Part shown: positions 36,508 through 45,297 of the stretch, in pieces | Numbering within the stretch: the stretch's first letter is position 1 | Layout: each line of letters starts with the position of its first letter | Assembly (NCBI GenBank): GCA_964445485.1 | Contig: CAYUPS010000002.1 | Span: 102,055-166,054 of the forward strand | Direction of reading: 5' to 3' | DNA length: 64,000 nt | Source of the DNA: an uncultured Methanosarcinales archaeon | GTDB lineage: Archaea; Nanobdellota; Nanobdellia; Woesearchaeales; ARS49 | Notes under the pieces: generated by a model | The model's database searches: none | What the model was told of the DNA's origin: nothing | What the model saw: the letters and a program-made list of their open reading frames with translations, nothing else | Translations under genes and position numbers: made by a program

Positions 36508-37236
36508 ATGGACAACGCTCTCAAGAATGTTGTTGGAGGCATCGTCGACGGGTCCGCAATGGGCCCAAGGCATAGCGACGCGGGAAAATTCCAGCGCCTT
36601 CTTCCGACACTGATTGATAAGAAATTCGAAGACATCAACCTCTCCATGTTCGACGAGAGCACACGTCAGCACCTGCTCAACGCGCTCGGCGAAGAATACC
36701 TGCGCCGCGGCAGGCTCAACGACGCGCTCAAAGCATTCATCCTCACATCAAACAAAGACGCGCTCACCCGCATCGGCGAAGACTACGAACGCGTCAGCCT
36801 CTTCTCCAACGCCATCGACGCGTACCGCCTCGCGGACAACACCCGCAAGCTCGCTGAAGCCGGCGACAAATGCCTCGGCGACGGCAAGATAGCAGACGCG
36901 ATCAAGGCATACCGCCTGCTCAACGACGTCGAGCGCCTGACCAAGGTCGGCGAAGACTGCATGCGCAAGGCCAAATGGGACCACGCGATAGAAGTGTTCA
37001 GCGCGGTCGGCAACAGGGAACAGCTGCTCGCGGTCGGTGAAGCGTGCATGCGCGATCATCAGATCGCGCTCGCTGCGCGCGCGTTCGAACTCGCGGGCGA
37101 CAAAGAGAGCCTCTCGCGCCTCGGAGACCAATGCCTGCGCGAAGGCCTTGTCGGCACCGCGCTCCGCGCCTACACTCAGGCGGGCAACGACATGATGATC
37201 AGTTTCATCAAAGAGAATTTCAAGAACCAGATGTGA
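36508..37236 (+). CDS. Alpha-solenoid protein with 29-aa repeats
   Basis: About six repeats of L..(L/I/V/A)G..(C/Y)...A..A(Y/F)....(D/N). Confidence 0.8.
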   Translation: MDNALKNVVGGIVDGSAMGPRHSDAGKFQRLLPTLIDKKFEDINLSMFDESTRQHLLNALGEEYLRRGRLNDALKAFILTSNKDALTRIGEDYERVSLFSNAIDAYRLADNTRKLAEAGDKCLGDGKIADAIKAYRLLNDVERLTKVGEDCMRKAKWDHAIEVFSAVGNREQLLAVGEACMRDHQIALAARAFELAGDKESLSRLGDQCLREGLVGTALRAYTQAGNDMMISFIKENFKNQM

Positions 37237-37240
37237 GAGC

Positions 37241-37384
37241 ATGGAACGCTGCATCACCCACAAGAAAGAGGTCAATGGCCGTTGCAACTGGTGCGGGGGC
37301 GCAATCTGCCCCCTCTGCGTGCAGAAAGGCAAAGGACTCAAGATATATTGTGAGAAATGCATCCCCCGCCTCGGAGTCATGTAA
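37241..37384 (+). CDS. Small B-box-type zinc finger protein (47 aa, not in ORF track)
   Basis: MERCITHKKEVNGRCNWCGGAICPLCVQKGKGLKIYCEKCIPRLGVM: CxxH, CxxC, CxxC, CxxC; fills the gap between its neighbours. Confidence 0.8.
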   Translation: MERCITHKKEVNGRCNWCGGAICPLCVQKGKGLKIYCEKCIPRLGVM

Positions 37385-37386
37385 CC

Positions 37387-37884
37387 ATGGATATCGAACG
37401 ACTCAAGAAGATCAATCAGATGACCAAGGAATTGCAGCGCGCGGGATTCGCGGGCAATTCACGCGAAGCATTCAGCCAGGCGGACTCCCTCTTCCGCCCG
37501 CCCGCAGAGGAAAGCGCGGTCGCACCCGCGCAGCACAACCAAGAGCCCGTCGAAGCGCCGTCCGCGCAGCACGCAGCCCCCGCAGACTTCCTTGTCGAGA
37601 AGAAGGTCGCGCTGCTTGTCGACATGCACACTAAGAAGCTCAACGCAGACGTCACGTTCTTGCAGGCCCAGATACAGCAGCTCCAGTCAGAACTGCAGAT
37701 GCTGCGCCAGGAAGTCCGCACGAAGCCCGCGGCCCCTGCGGTCTCGCAGGTCGCCGCCCCGTCCATGCCGCCAGCCCCCGCCGCAGCGCCGGCGCCCGAG
37801 AAGAAGGAGTCGCACCCGCGACAGGGAGACTTCAAGCCGGGCGATGTCTCGATCGAGAAGATGTTCTATTTCGGCAAGAAATAG
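37387..37884 (+). CDS. Hypothetical coiled-coil protein with C-terminal HPRQG...IEKMFYFG motif
   Basis: ORF with host-like codon usage; central heptads and Pro/Ala linkers. Confidence 0.75.
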   Translation: MDIERLKKINQMTKELQRAGFAGNSREAFSQADSLFRPPAEESAVAPAQHNQEPVEAPSAQHAAPADFLVEKKVALLVDMHTKKLNADVTFLQAQIQQLQSELQMLRQEVRTKPAAPAVSQVAAPSMPPAPAAAPAPEKKESHPRQGDFKPGDVSIEKMFYFGKK

Positions 37885-37925
37885 AGGCACTACCTTTTTA
37901 AATCGGCCGAGTCTTATAAATCCCT

Positions 37926-38903
37926 ATGAGTGACGTGCGGCACAGCCATCTGCTCCTGAATACCCTGCTCATCTTCTTGGCAGTCGGCGCGGGGTTCGGC
38001 GGATTCTACTACTACCACACGCAGACAATCACCGAGCTGCAGGCGCATTATGACCAGCAGCTATCAGGCCTCGCCACAAAACTCCTCAGCACGGAAGAAT
38101 CGCTGCGCTACTACATCAGCCACGAGAGCGCCTCTCTCGACACCAAGATCAAGACTCTCGACAGCAATCTCAATTCCACCACGAAATCAGTCCTCAGCGA
38201 GATCCAGACCGCGCGGGAGCAGACGCAGTCCGGTCTCGATCAGATCACGGGACGCCTGGTGCAGACCGAGCAGAAGACCCAAGAGCAGCTCGATTCACTC
38301 CAGAGCAATATCAAGAACATCAAGCTCAGCAACAAGGATTTCAGCGCGCTCATGCCGGACGTGCTTCCCGCTGTCGTGAGCATCAGCGTCGGTTATCCGG
38401 GCGGCGCGCGTATCGGCAGCGGCGTCTTCATCGATGAGCGCGGCTACGCAGTCACGAATCATCATGTCGTCAACGGTGCGACGAGCATCAATCTCAAAAC
38501 GGCCGATGGCGCAGTCTACACCGCGCGCATCGTCAGCTCAGACAGCCTGGCCGACATCGCGGTCATTTCGATCGACAGACCCGCACCCCGCGCCCTCCGT
38601 TTCGCCGACTATGTGAGCACTGCAGAGAAAGTCATCGCGATCGGCTCGCCCCTCGGCTTCGAATTCACAGTCACCGAAGGCATCATCAGCAAGGCAGAGG
38701 TCACATCCGGCGCAGTAAAGCTCATCCAGACCGATGTCGCGGTCAACCCCGGCAACAGCGGCGGCCCCATCCTCAACATCGCGGGAGACATCGTCGGCAT
38801 CACGACCTCGAAAGCCGCTGACGCGCAGGGCATCGGTTTCGCCGTCCACGCGGATGTCGCATCGCTCCTCACCGCAGGGATGATACAGGACGACACTGCG
38901 TGA
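37926..38903 (+). CDS. Membrane-anchored trypsin-like serine protease (HtrA-like, no PDZ)
   Basis: TM plus coiled coil; GSG, TNHHVV, DIAV, NPGNSGGP. Confidence 0.9.
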   Translation: MSDVRHSHLLLNTLLIFLAVGAGFGGFYYYHTQTITELQAHYDQQLSGLATKLLSTEESLRYYISHESASLDTKIKTLDSNLNSTTKSVLSEIQTAREQTQSGLDQITGRLVQTEQKTQEQLDSLQSNIKNIKLSNKDFSALMPDVLPAVVSISVGYPGGARIGSGVFIDERGYAVTNHHVVNGATSINLKTADGAVYTARIVSSDSLADIAVISIDRPAPRALRFADYVSTAEKVIAIGSPLGFEFTVTEGIISKAEVTSGAVKLIQTDVAVNPGNSGGPILNIAGDIVGITTSKAADAQGIGFAVHADVASLLTAGMIQDDTA

Positions 38904-39851
38904 TCAACGGGCCCTGTCGATAGAATTCTTCAATGCTTCCGCGCTCCACAGCGCGCCAGGCCAGAACGGATTCGGCAGCCATTCATTCGAATCAGTCACC
39001 CAGAGCCTCTCTACCAGCCCCTCCTCTTTCGCGTGAACAAGCCACACGGGCAGCGGCGCGTTGCTGCCCTTCGCGGCGCTGACGCGTTCAGCGAATTCTT
39101 TGAGATGCTGGCGTTCAAGGTACGGAACGGCTGGCCGGTGTCCGATTGCTGCGACGATCACGAGATGCGCCAGCAGACGGGAAGGGTTGCCTCCCATGTA
39201 CGTGAGATGGGAAATCGCGTTGCGGAGCGGCAGCGTCGGATGATACGCGACATCTGTCTCCACACCGCCGGGCGCGACGGACGTGCACTCAGGCGTTCCG
39301 CCAACAATCGCGGCGCCATACACCCTCTCGGGAGAAGTATACACCGCGTATGACCTCTTTGCCGCATCGACTGCCGCGCCGATCGCAACTTCTTCTGCGA
39401 GCGTGAGCGCGCCTGAAGGCGTCGATTCGATGAATTCATCCAAGAAGAACGCGCGGAGAGGCGTGGCGTTCGCAGCGCCCCCCGCCTCGGCTCCCTGGAG
39501 GATCACTGCGTCCGGCGTCGCGTACTGGCGCAGGACATCCCTGCAATTGCCGCATGGCGCGGCGCCTTTGCCGGGTGTGCCGCACGCGAAGGCCACGATG
39601 GAGATGGGGTCGTCACTGCCCGCTTCTTCGAGAGCGCGGGCGACGAGCGTCTCCTCGCAGTGAATGGCGCGCGTGATGCCGTATTCATGGTTGCCGCCGG
39701 AGACGACGCGCCCCGAGCGGGTCATCGCCGCGCCGCGCACGTAGAAATTCGACTGGGCGGGTGTCGGTCTCGCTCGCAGCGCAGAGAGGAGCAAATGATT
39801 GTAGAGGCGGGAGGTCTGGGCATCTATGCCCTCGAACGTCCACTCAGGCAT
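38904..39851 (-). CDS. cdd: Two-domain cytidine deaminase
   Basis: SNFYV, HCEE, PCGNC; degenerate second domain SYAVY...AYHPTLP. Confidence 0.75.
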   Translation of the reverse strand: MPEWTFEGIDAQTSRLYNHLLLSALRARPTPAQSNFYVRGAAMTRSGRVVSGGNHEYGITRAIHCEETLVARALEEAGSDDPISIVAFACGTPGKGAAPCGNCRDVLRQYATPDAVILQGAEAGGAANATPLRAFFLDEFIESTPSGALTLAEEVAIGAAVDAAKRSYAVYTSPERVYGAAIVGGTPECTSVAPGGVETDVAYHPTLPLRNAISHLTYMGGNPSRLLAHLVIVAAIGHRPAVPYLERQHLKEFAERVSAAKGSNAPLPVWLVHAKEEGLVERLWVTDSNEWLPNPFWPGALWSAEALKNSIDRAR

Positions 39852-39855
39852 TGTC

Positions 39856-40602
39856 TCAGTCCGTCTCGACGCGCGGCGCGAGGATGAATGCCAAGAGCAG
39901 CTTGTCGACGACCTTGTACTCGAGGCGCAACGGATAGTCCTGGTTGAAGCACACGCTCACGCGGTCCGCGAGCTTGCCGCCCGCGATCATCTTCTTGAGG
40001 TACTCGAGGCTGTACTTCGCTTTCACTTGCGCCTTCGTGTCTGTCTTGATGCTTGTCGCGTCGCTGGCGCCCACTTCGACATGGGCCTTGGATAAATCGC
40101 CCTCTGCCGCGATGAGCAGACGCTCCGGCTCGACGGCCAGAGTGACCGCTTCTGCCACGATGCCTGCGTCTTCCATGGCGTCCGAGAGCGTGCCGCTCGT
40201 CGTCTCCACCATGACGGGGAATGTCAGGTTCGGGATGCGCTGCTCTCGCTCCTCCAAGTCGATGATGGGGAGCGAGAACGTGCGCACCGTATCGGCGCGC
40301 ATCGTGACCTTCAGGTGGTTGTCCTCCGTCACTTCGAGCGTGAGCGCATCGGACGGCTTGACCCTCTTGAGGATCTGCTTGAGCTGGCCGAGGTTGAGGC
40401 CGATCTCCTGGTTCTTCTCGATCTGGTATTCAGAGAATGCGCTCGAGAGCAGCTTGAAGATGACCATGGCAACATTTGCCGGATCCATGGCAACCATCTC
40501 GACGCCGTCCTGCGTGACCTTCAGGCGCGCCTCGTTGACGAGCTCCGAGATGACTCCGATACTGTCTTTCAGGTATGTTGCATCAGCGAGTACGAGTTTC
40601 AT
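39856..40602 (-). CDS. pcn: PCNA sliding clamp
   Basis: AMDPANVAMV, KYSLEYLKKM, DYPL, FILAPR. Confidence 0.97.
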   Translation of the reverse strand: MKLVLADATYLKDSIGVISELVNEARLKVTQDGVEMVAMDPANVAMVIFKLLSSAFSEYQIEKNQEIGLNLGQLKQILKRVKPSDALTLEVTEDNHLKVTMRADTVRTFSLPIIDLEEREQRIPNLTFPVMVETTSGTLSDAMEDAGIVAEAVTLAVEPERLLIAAEGDLSKAHVEVGASDATSIKTDTKAQVKAKYSLEYLKKMIAGGKLADRVSVCFNQDYPLRLEYKVVDKLLLAFILAPRVETD

Positions 40603-40671
40603 GCCTATCCCCCCGAGCCGCTCGCGACAGGGAGGGGATATAAAAAACTTGTGGCTGCTGTTTCCGGCGTC

Positions 40672-42024
40672 TCAGCGGTGGTGGTGCTCGAGGCTCAAGC
40701 GCTCGCCGGTTATGAGCCTGTGAACGCTCCTGCCGCGCCTGTAGCCTTCCTCTTCAGCGAGCGTGTAGAAATGCTCAGTGATGTTCGGCTCTGAGTGCGT
40801 CGGTATGATATGCGTCGGCTTGAGCATCTTGACCACTTCGCGCAGGTCCTCGCGGAAGCAGTGACCGGAGACGTGGATGTCCGTGAACAGCCTCGCACCG
40901 TGCTCGCGCAGGTCCTTGTCGAGCTTCGCCCGGGCTGCCTTGTTGACATCCGCAGGGATTACCGTGCAAGAGAAGACAACGTGGTCCCCCGGCATGAGCC
41001 TGAAGGGGTATTCATGCCTCGCGATCTTCGACAGGATCGCGTTCGGCTCGCCTTGATGTCCCGTTGCGCAGATCAGGTACTTGTCGCGGCGGCCTTTTGA
41101 GATGTCCCCGAGCTTGTGGATGACCTGCCGCTTGAACTTGCAGATCTCTGCGCCTTTGAAGAACGCGACTTTTGCGCGCTCGGCGGCAGAGAGGTATTTG
41201 TTGATGCTGCGGCCGAGGAACACGACCTTGCGGCCCATCGCGTGGCCCGCCTCGAGAATGCTCTTGAGCCTGGCGACGTGCGACGCGAACGTCGTCACGA
41301 TCACAGCCTTGCCCTTGCTGTCGACGTTGAGCAGCACATCCCTGAGCATGTCGCGCGCGACCCCCTCACTGGGCGTCTTGCGCGGATCCCACGAGTAGAG
41401 CGAGTCGATGATGAGCGCGTGGACGCCCCTCTCACCCAACTTCTTGAGCGCCTCGTAGTTCGGCTTGCGGCCGAGCGTCGGGTTGTTGTCCAGCTTGAAA
41501 TCGTTGCCGTAGGCCACGATGCCGTGGCGTGTGTGCAGAGCGACAAGCACGGTCTGCGGCGTGCTGTGCGTGACGTGCACGAACTCGATCTTGATGTTCT
41601 TGGTCAGCTGCATCACGCCATTCGGCGGCAGCGGCTTGATCGGGTTTCGCAGGCGGATGTCATCATCCTTGAGGATTGTCTTGAGCACCTCGCACGTGAA
41701 CGGTGTCGCGATGATCGGGCAGTTGTACTTGTCCGCCATGTACGGCGCGGCGCCGATATGGTCAAGATGCGCGTGGCCGATGATGATCGCCTTGACCTTG
41801 GGCTTCCAGTCTTTGATGAGCGTGTCATCCGGGATGGCCTTGACGCGGCGCAGGTCAATCTCTTTGGCCTTGACGTGCTCGCCGAGCTCTTCTTCAGTGT
41901 ACTTGATGTAATTGGGCATGTGAAGGCCCATGTCGAGAATGACAACTTCGTCGTCAACGCGAACCGCGGTCATGTTTTTACCTACTTCGCCGTAACCGCC
42001 GACGGCACAAATTTCTATTCCCAT
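40672..42024 (-). CDS. rnj: Ribonuclease J (beta-CASP)
   Basis: GGYGEVGKNM, HAHLDH, THS, DFK, TTFASH, GHQGEP, HVSGH. Confidence 0.95.
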   Translation of the reverse strand: MGIEICAVGGYGEVGKNMTAVRVDDEVVILDMGLHMPNYIKYTEEELGEHVKAKEIDLRRVKAIPDDTLIKDWKPKVKAIIIGHAHLDHIGAAPYMADKYNCPIIATPFTCEVLKTILKDDDIRLRNPIKPLPPNGVMQLTKNIKIEFVHVTHSTPQTVLVALHTRHGIVAYGNDFKLDNNPTLGRKPNYEALKKLGERGVHALIIDSLYSWDPRKTPSEGVARDMLRDVLLNVDSKGKAVIVTTFASHVARLKSILEAGHAMGRKVVFLGRSINKYLSAAERAKVAFFKGAEICKFKRQVIHKLGDISKGRRDKYLICATGHQGEPNAILSKIARHEYPFRLMPGDHVVFSCTVIPADVNKAARAKLDKDLREHGARLFTDIHVSGHCFREDLREVVKMLKPTHIIPTHSEPNITEHFYTLAEEEGYRRGRSVHRLITGERLSLEHHHR

Positions 42025-42162
42025 ATTCTATTTTCTCCAGATACAGATTGTGACTCAAACGAGGTGGAGAATCTCAGTGATTTCCAGAATTCGTTACTGT
42101 CCATCTCTATCTAATACGCTCACTACATGAACATTCTATAAAAACCTTTGGTAGGAAATTGA

Positions 42163-42289
42163 TGAGGCGGGCAGGATTCGAACCTGCGAAGGCACTAAGC
42201 CAACGGTTCGCTCACGCGACCCGCGCCGATGCGCGGGAAGACTTCTTGCGTCTTGAGACCGTCACGTTTGGCCGCTTCGCTACCGCCTC
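42163..42289 (-). tRNA. tRNA-Leu(CAA) with 43-nt intron at 37/38 (42209-42251)
   Basis: GAGGCGG acceptor; ACGGT-CTCAAG|intron|A-ACCGT; canonical BHB (CTCA/TGAG); long variable arm. Confidence 0.93.
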
Positions 42290-42340
42290 GTGATTTGGGT
42301 GCCTACAGGCGGGCGGCTTTTAAACTTTTGGAGAAATGGC

Positions 42341-42748
42341 TCACTCAAGCGTGCCGAGCTTCTCTTCGATCTTGCGGATCTCCTCTTCGAGGAGGTCCAT
42401 CTTGGTGCGGGTCTTCTTCGCTTCCTTCTTGCCCTTGCCTTTCTTGTCCTCTTTCGCTGGCGCTTCGTCGCTCTCTTCCGCGGCGACCATATCTTCGTCG
42501 TGCGGCGCCATCGTCGGCTTGTGCATCGGCACTTTCGGCATGACGCCGCGCAAGCGCCGGTTCAAAACAGTCAATTCATCGAGGATGTGCTTGAGGCCTA
42601 CGATAGCTTCGAGTTTCTGGCGGCGCAGCTCGCGGAACGCTTCATAGCGCCGGAGGCTGTCGAGCACCGCCTTGTTGCTCAGGAGCAGCGCTTTGCGCAT
42701 GCTGATCGGGCCCCTGATGCCAACCCAAAACTTATCGTGGTCTGCCAT
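42341..42748 (-). CDS. Hypothetical coiled-coil protein (third gene of paralogue trio)
   Basis: Short beta motif FWVGI plus long amphipathic helix; C-terminal heptads. Confidence 0.75.
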   Translation of the reverse strand: MADHDKFWVGIRGPISMRKALLLSNKAVLDSLRRYEAFRELRRQKLEAIVGLKHILDELTVLNRRLRGVMPKVPMHKPTMAPHDEDMVAAEESDEAPAKEDKKGKGKKEAKKTRTKMDLLEEEIRKIEEKLGTLE

Positions 42749-42982
42749 TCATCGGTCCTGCGGTCGGAGCAGCGCGTGGTCGATCTCCTCGACGCGCTGT
42801 TCCACTTCTCCCAACTGCGCGGCCCATGCCTGCAGTTCTGCGTCCTCGCGGTGCTTGATCTCCGCGATGCGGTCGAGCATGAATTTGGCCTGCTTGATGC
42901 GCTCACGCGTGAGCGCGAGTATGTCTGTCAGGTCCTTGTACGCGTCCAGTCTCACGAACACTGTCGCTTGATCGTCTGGCAT
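42749..42982 (-). CDS. Hypothetical coiled-coil protein (77 aa)
   Basis: SD GGAGG; aligns without gaps to the C-terminus of 42997..43584. Confidence 0.8.
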   Translation of the reverse strand: MPDDQATVFVRLDAYKDLTDILALTRERIKQAKFMLDRIAEIKHREDAELQAWAAQLGEVEQRVEEIDHALLRPQDR

Positions 42983-42996
42983 TCTGTCCTCCCCCT

Positions 42997-43584
42997 CTAG
43001 GCCTTGGCCTTTGCGATGACCGAATCGACATAGCTGAGCTTCTTCTCGATATCCTCGAGCTGCGCCCGCCACTTGTCGAATTCTCGCTCTTCCTGCACTT
43101 TCAGCTCGCCGAGGCGTCGCACGAGCTCTTCGGCTTCGAAGAGACGGGCGCGCGCCTTGTTGGCGTGCTCCATGACTTTGCGATATTCATCGACGGAAAC
43201 AAAGCCGGGTCCGTGCGGACGCAGCCGCGGCGCGCTCGGCGCTTCCGGTTCCGCGCGTATCGTCTTGTCGAAGACGGGCGCGGATTCCCACGAGAGCGGC
43301 TTGTTGTAGTATTCCGGCTTTTCCTGTTTCGCGTAATACTCGGCCTTCTCGGGCTTTTGGTAGTATTCCGGTTTCTCCTGTTTCGCGTAATACTCCGCTT
43401 TCTCGGGCTTTTGGTAGTATTCCGGTTTCTCTTGCTTTGCGTAGTATGATTGTTTTGGCATCTCTGGCAATTGCGGATAGATGTCGGGGATGTCGCCGCC
43501 CGGCGCCATCGGCGGAGGGGGCGGCAGCGGCACGTCTTCGGCCTGCGGTTTCTTTTTTGCCTTCAAGAAGTCAAAGATACCCAT
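42997..43584 (-). CDS. Hypothetical protein: amphipathic N-terminus, Pro stretch, YY repeats, coiled coil
   Basis: MGIFDFLKAKKK; PPPPP; YYAKQEKPE/YYQKPEKAE repeats; C-terminal FVSVDEY coiled coil. Confidence 0.8.
   Translation of the reverse strand: MGIFDFLKAKKKPQAEDVPLPPPPPMAPGGDIPDIYPQLPEMPKQSYYAKQEKPEYYQKPEKAEYYAKQEKPEYYQKPEKAEYYAKQEKPEYYNKPLSWESAPVFDKTIRAEPEAPSAPRLRPHGPGFVSVDEYRKVMEHANKARARLFEAEELVRRLGELKVQEEREFDKWRAQLEDIEKKLSYVDSVIAKAKA
43303..43447 (-). repeat. In-frame tandem repeat, 54-bp period (two alternating 27-bp units)
   Basis: GTAGTATTCCGG recurs three times at 54-bp spacing; encodes YYAKQEKPEYYQKPEKAE. Confidence 0.9.
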
Positions 43585-43714
43585 AGGTGACCACTCTTTC
43601 AGGGTCGCATCGTATTATTAAAATCTTTTACCACCATTCTGGAGGGGTGACAGACCCCTGCGGCATGCCTTTCCGGGCAAAATATTTATAACCGCACTCG
43701 GCCCAGCCAGCCCC

Positions 43715-44278
43715 ATGCCCGAGAAGACACCCATCATAGCCAAGGCCATCCTCGAGATGCTCGGCGCCCCGAAAGAGTATATAGAGAAGACGCTCAAGGA
43801 CTACGTCGCCAAGCTCAAGACCGACGGCCTCAAGATCCGCAAAGAGCGCTACGAGCCCGCGGAGCAGCGCGAGAAACTCTACTCCACCTTCGTCGAAATC
43901 GAAGCGGAATTCCCCCGCATGGGAGACCTCATCTCCTTCTGCTTCGACTCCCTCCCCAGCAGCATCGACATCATGTCCCCCGACACCCTCACCCTCGAGA
44001 CCGGCGAGATCGCCCTCTTCCTCAACGACCTCCAAGCCCGGCTCCACCAGGCGGACATGATGATCAAGACGCACCGCGCCCAGCACGACATGCTCGACCG
44101 CAGCGCGACCAACGTCTTCAATAATTTCCTCCTCCACCTCGTCCACGACGGACCCAAGAACGCGGACGACCTCGCCCGCACCGTCGGCGTGCGCGAAGAC
44201 CAGCTCAAGCCGTTCCTCGACAAGCTCGTCGAGAACAAACGCATCACCGAACAGGACGGCACGTACTCGGTCGCATGA
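43715..44278 (+). CDS. Hypothetical protein with C-terminal winged helix
   Basis: ILEMLGAPKEYIEKTL, YSTFVEIE, FDSLPSSIDI; overlaps scpB start. Confidence 0.75.
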   Translation: MPEKTPIIAKAILEMLGAPKEYIEKTLKDYVAKLKTDGLKIRKERYEPAEQREKLYSTFVEIEAEFPRMGDLISFCFDSLPSSIDIMSPDTLTLETGEIALFLNDLQARLHQADMMIKTHRAQHDMLDRSATNVFNNFLLHLVHDGPKNADDLARTVGVREDQLKPFLDKLVENKRITEQDGTYSVA

Positions 44279-45297
44279 ACGACGACCTCAAGACCAAACT
44301 GGAAGCGCTCCTCTTCGCATCAGCGCGAGCCATGAGCGCGGACGAACTCGCCAAGCTGCTGCGCGAAAAAGACACCGAGGCGATCCGGCGCGCCCTCGCA
44401 GAGATCGCCGACGACCTCGCCAAGAAAGAATCCTCCCTCATGCTGATCGAGGACGGAGGCAACTACCGATTCGCGGTCAGGGAGAAATACCTCCCCTTCG
44501 TCCGCAAAGTCGTCACGAAGACAGAACTGCCAAAGACGATACTCGAGACGCTCGCCGTCATCGCCTACAAAGCGCCCATCCTCCAGAGCAAGCTCATCAA
44601 GATACGCACCAACAAAGCATACGACCACCTCCGCCACCTCGAGAAGACCAGCTACATCACGCGCGAGAAGAGCGGCCGCACCAAGCTCATCAAGCTCACC
44701 CAGAAGTTCTACACGTACTTCGACATCTCGCCCGACAAACTCAAGACGAAATTCGGCAGCGCGCCTGACCTCGAGAAAGCCATAGAGGCCAAAGAGGCAG
44801 AGATCGCGGCGCTCCACCCCGAACTCGCGAAAGAATCGCCTGACGAAGAAGGCATCCGGGTCGTCGACGAGCCCGAGACCTACGACGTGCCGAAAGTGGA
44901 GCCGCCGCTCGAGGAGATCAAAGAGACCATCGGCGGCCTCGAAGTGTACCCGACAGCGCCGCGGGCCAACTCCGACGAAATCCCCACGAGCGGGTCTATG
45001 GGCGACCTCGAGACATACGCAGTCGACCCTTCAAACCCTCACGAGCACCGCGCGCCCCGAAAGCAGCCAAAGAAAGAAACAGCCCCCGCCGAAGCTCCAG
45101 GGCGCGCGGCGGCAGAAGAGCCCGAAGAGCAGCCCGCGCCCCACGAGGAAACACCTCCTGCAGAGATGACCAAAGTCGGCCAGACGCCCGGCGTGTTCTC
45201 CGGCGGCGTCCCGCCCGATGTGCAGAAGAAAGTCGACGAACGCGTCGAAGCCATGCTCAACCCGCCCCCTGCCGAGGATGAGGAGCGGCAGGAATGA
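44275..45297 (+). CDS. scpB: ScpB family protein with long acidic Pro-rich tail
   Basis: LEALLFAS, LETLAVIAYKAPI, GRTKLIKLTQKFYTYF. Confidence 0.88.
   Translation: MNDDLKTKLEALLFASARAMSADELAKLLREKDTEAIRRALAEIADDLAKKESSLMLIEDGGNYRFAVREKYLPFVRKVVTKTELPKTILETLAVIAYKAPILQSKLIKIRTNKAYDHLRHLEKTSYITREKSGRTKLIKLTQKFYTYFDISPDKLKTKFGSAPDLEKAIEAKEAEIAALHPELAKESPDEEGIRVVDEPETYDVPKVEPPLEEIKETIGGLEVYPTAPRANSDEIPTSGSMGDLETYAVDPSNPHEHRAPRKQPKKETAPAEAPGRAAAEEPEEQPAPHEETPPAEMTKVGQTPGVFSGGVPPDVQKKVDERVEAMLNPPPAEDEERQE

Noticed and set aside
33266..39851. Integrated mobile element at tRNA-Gly
   Set aside because: I saw no integrase, transposase or duplicated tRNA 3' end (att site).
43303..43447. Regularly spaced repeats as a possible CRISPR array
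   Set aside because: The intervening sequences are themselves repeated and in frame within a CDS; there are no unique spacers or cas genes.
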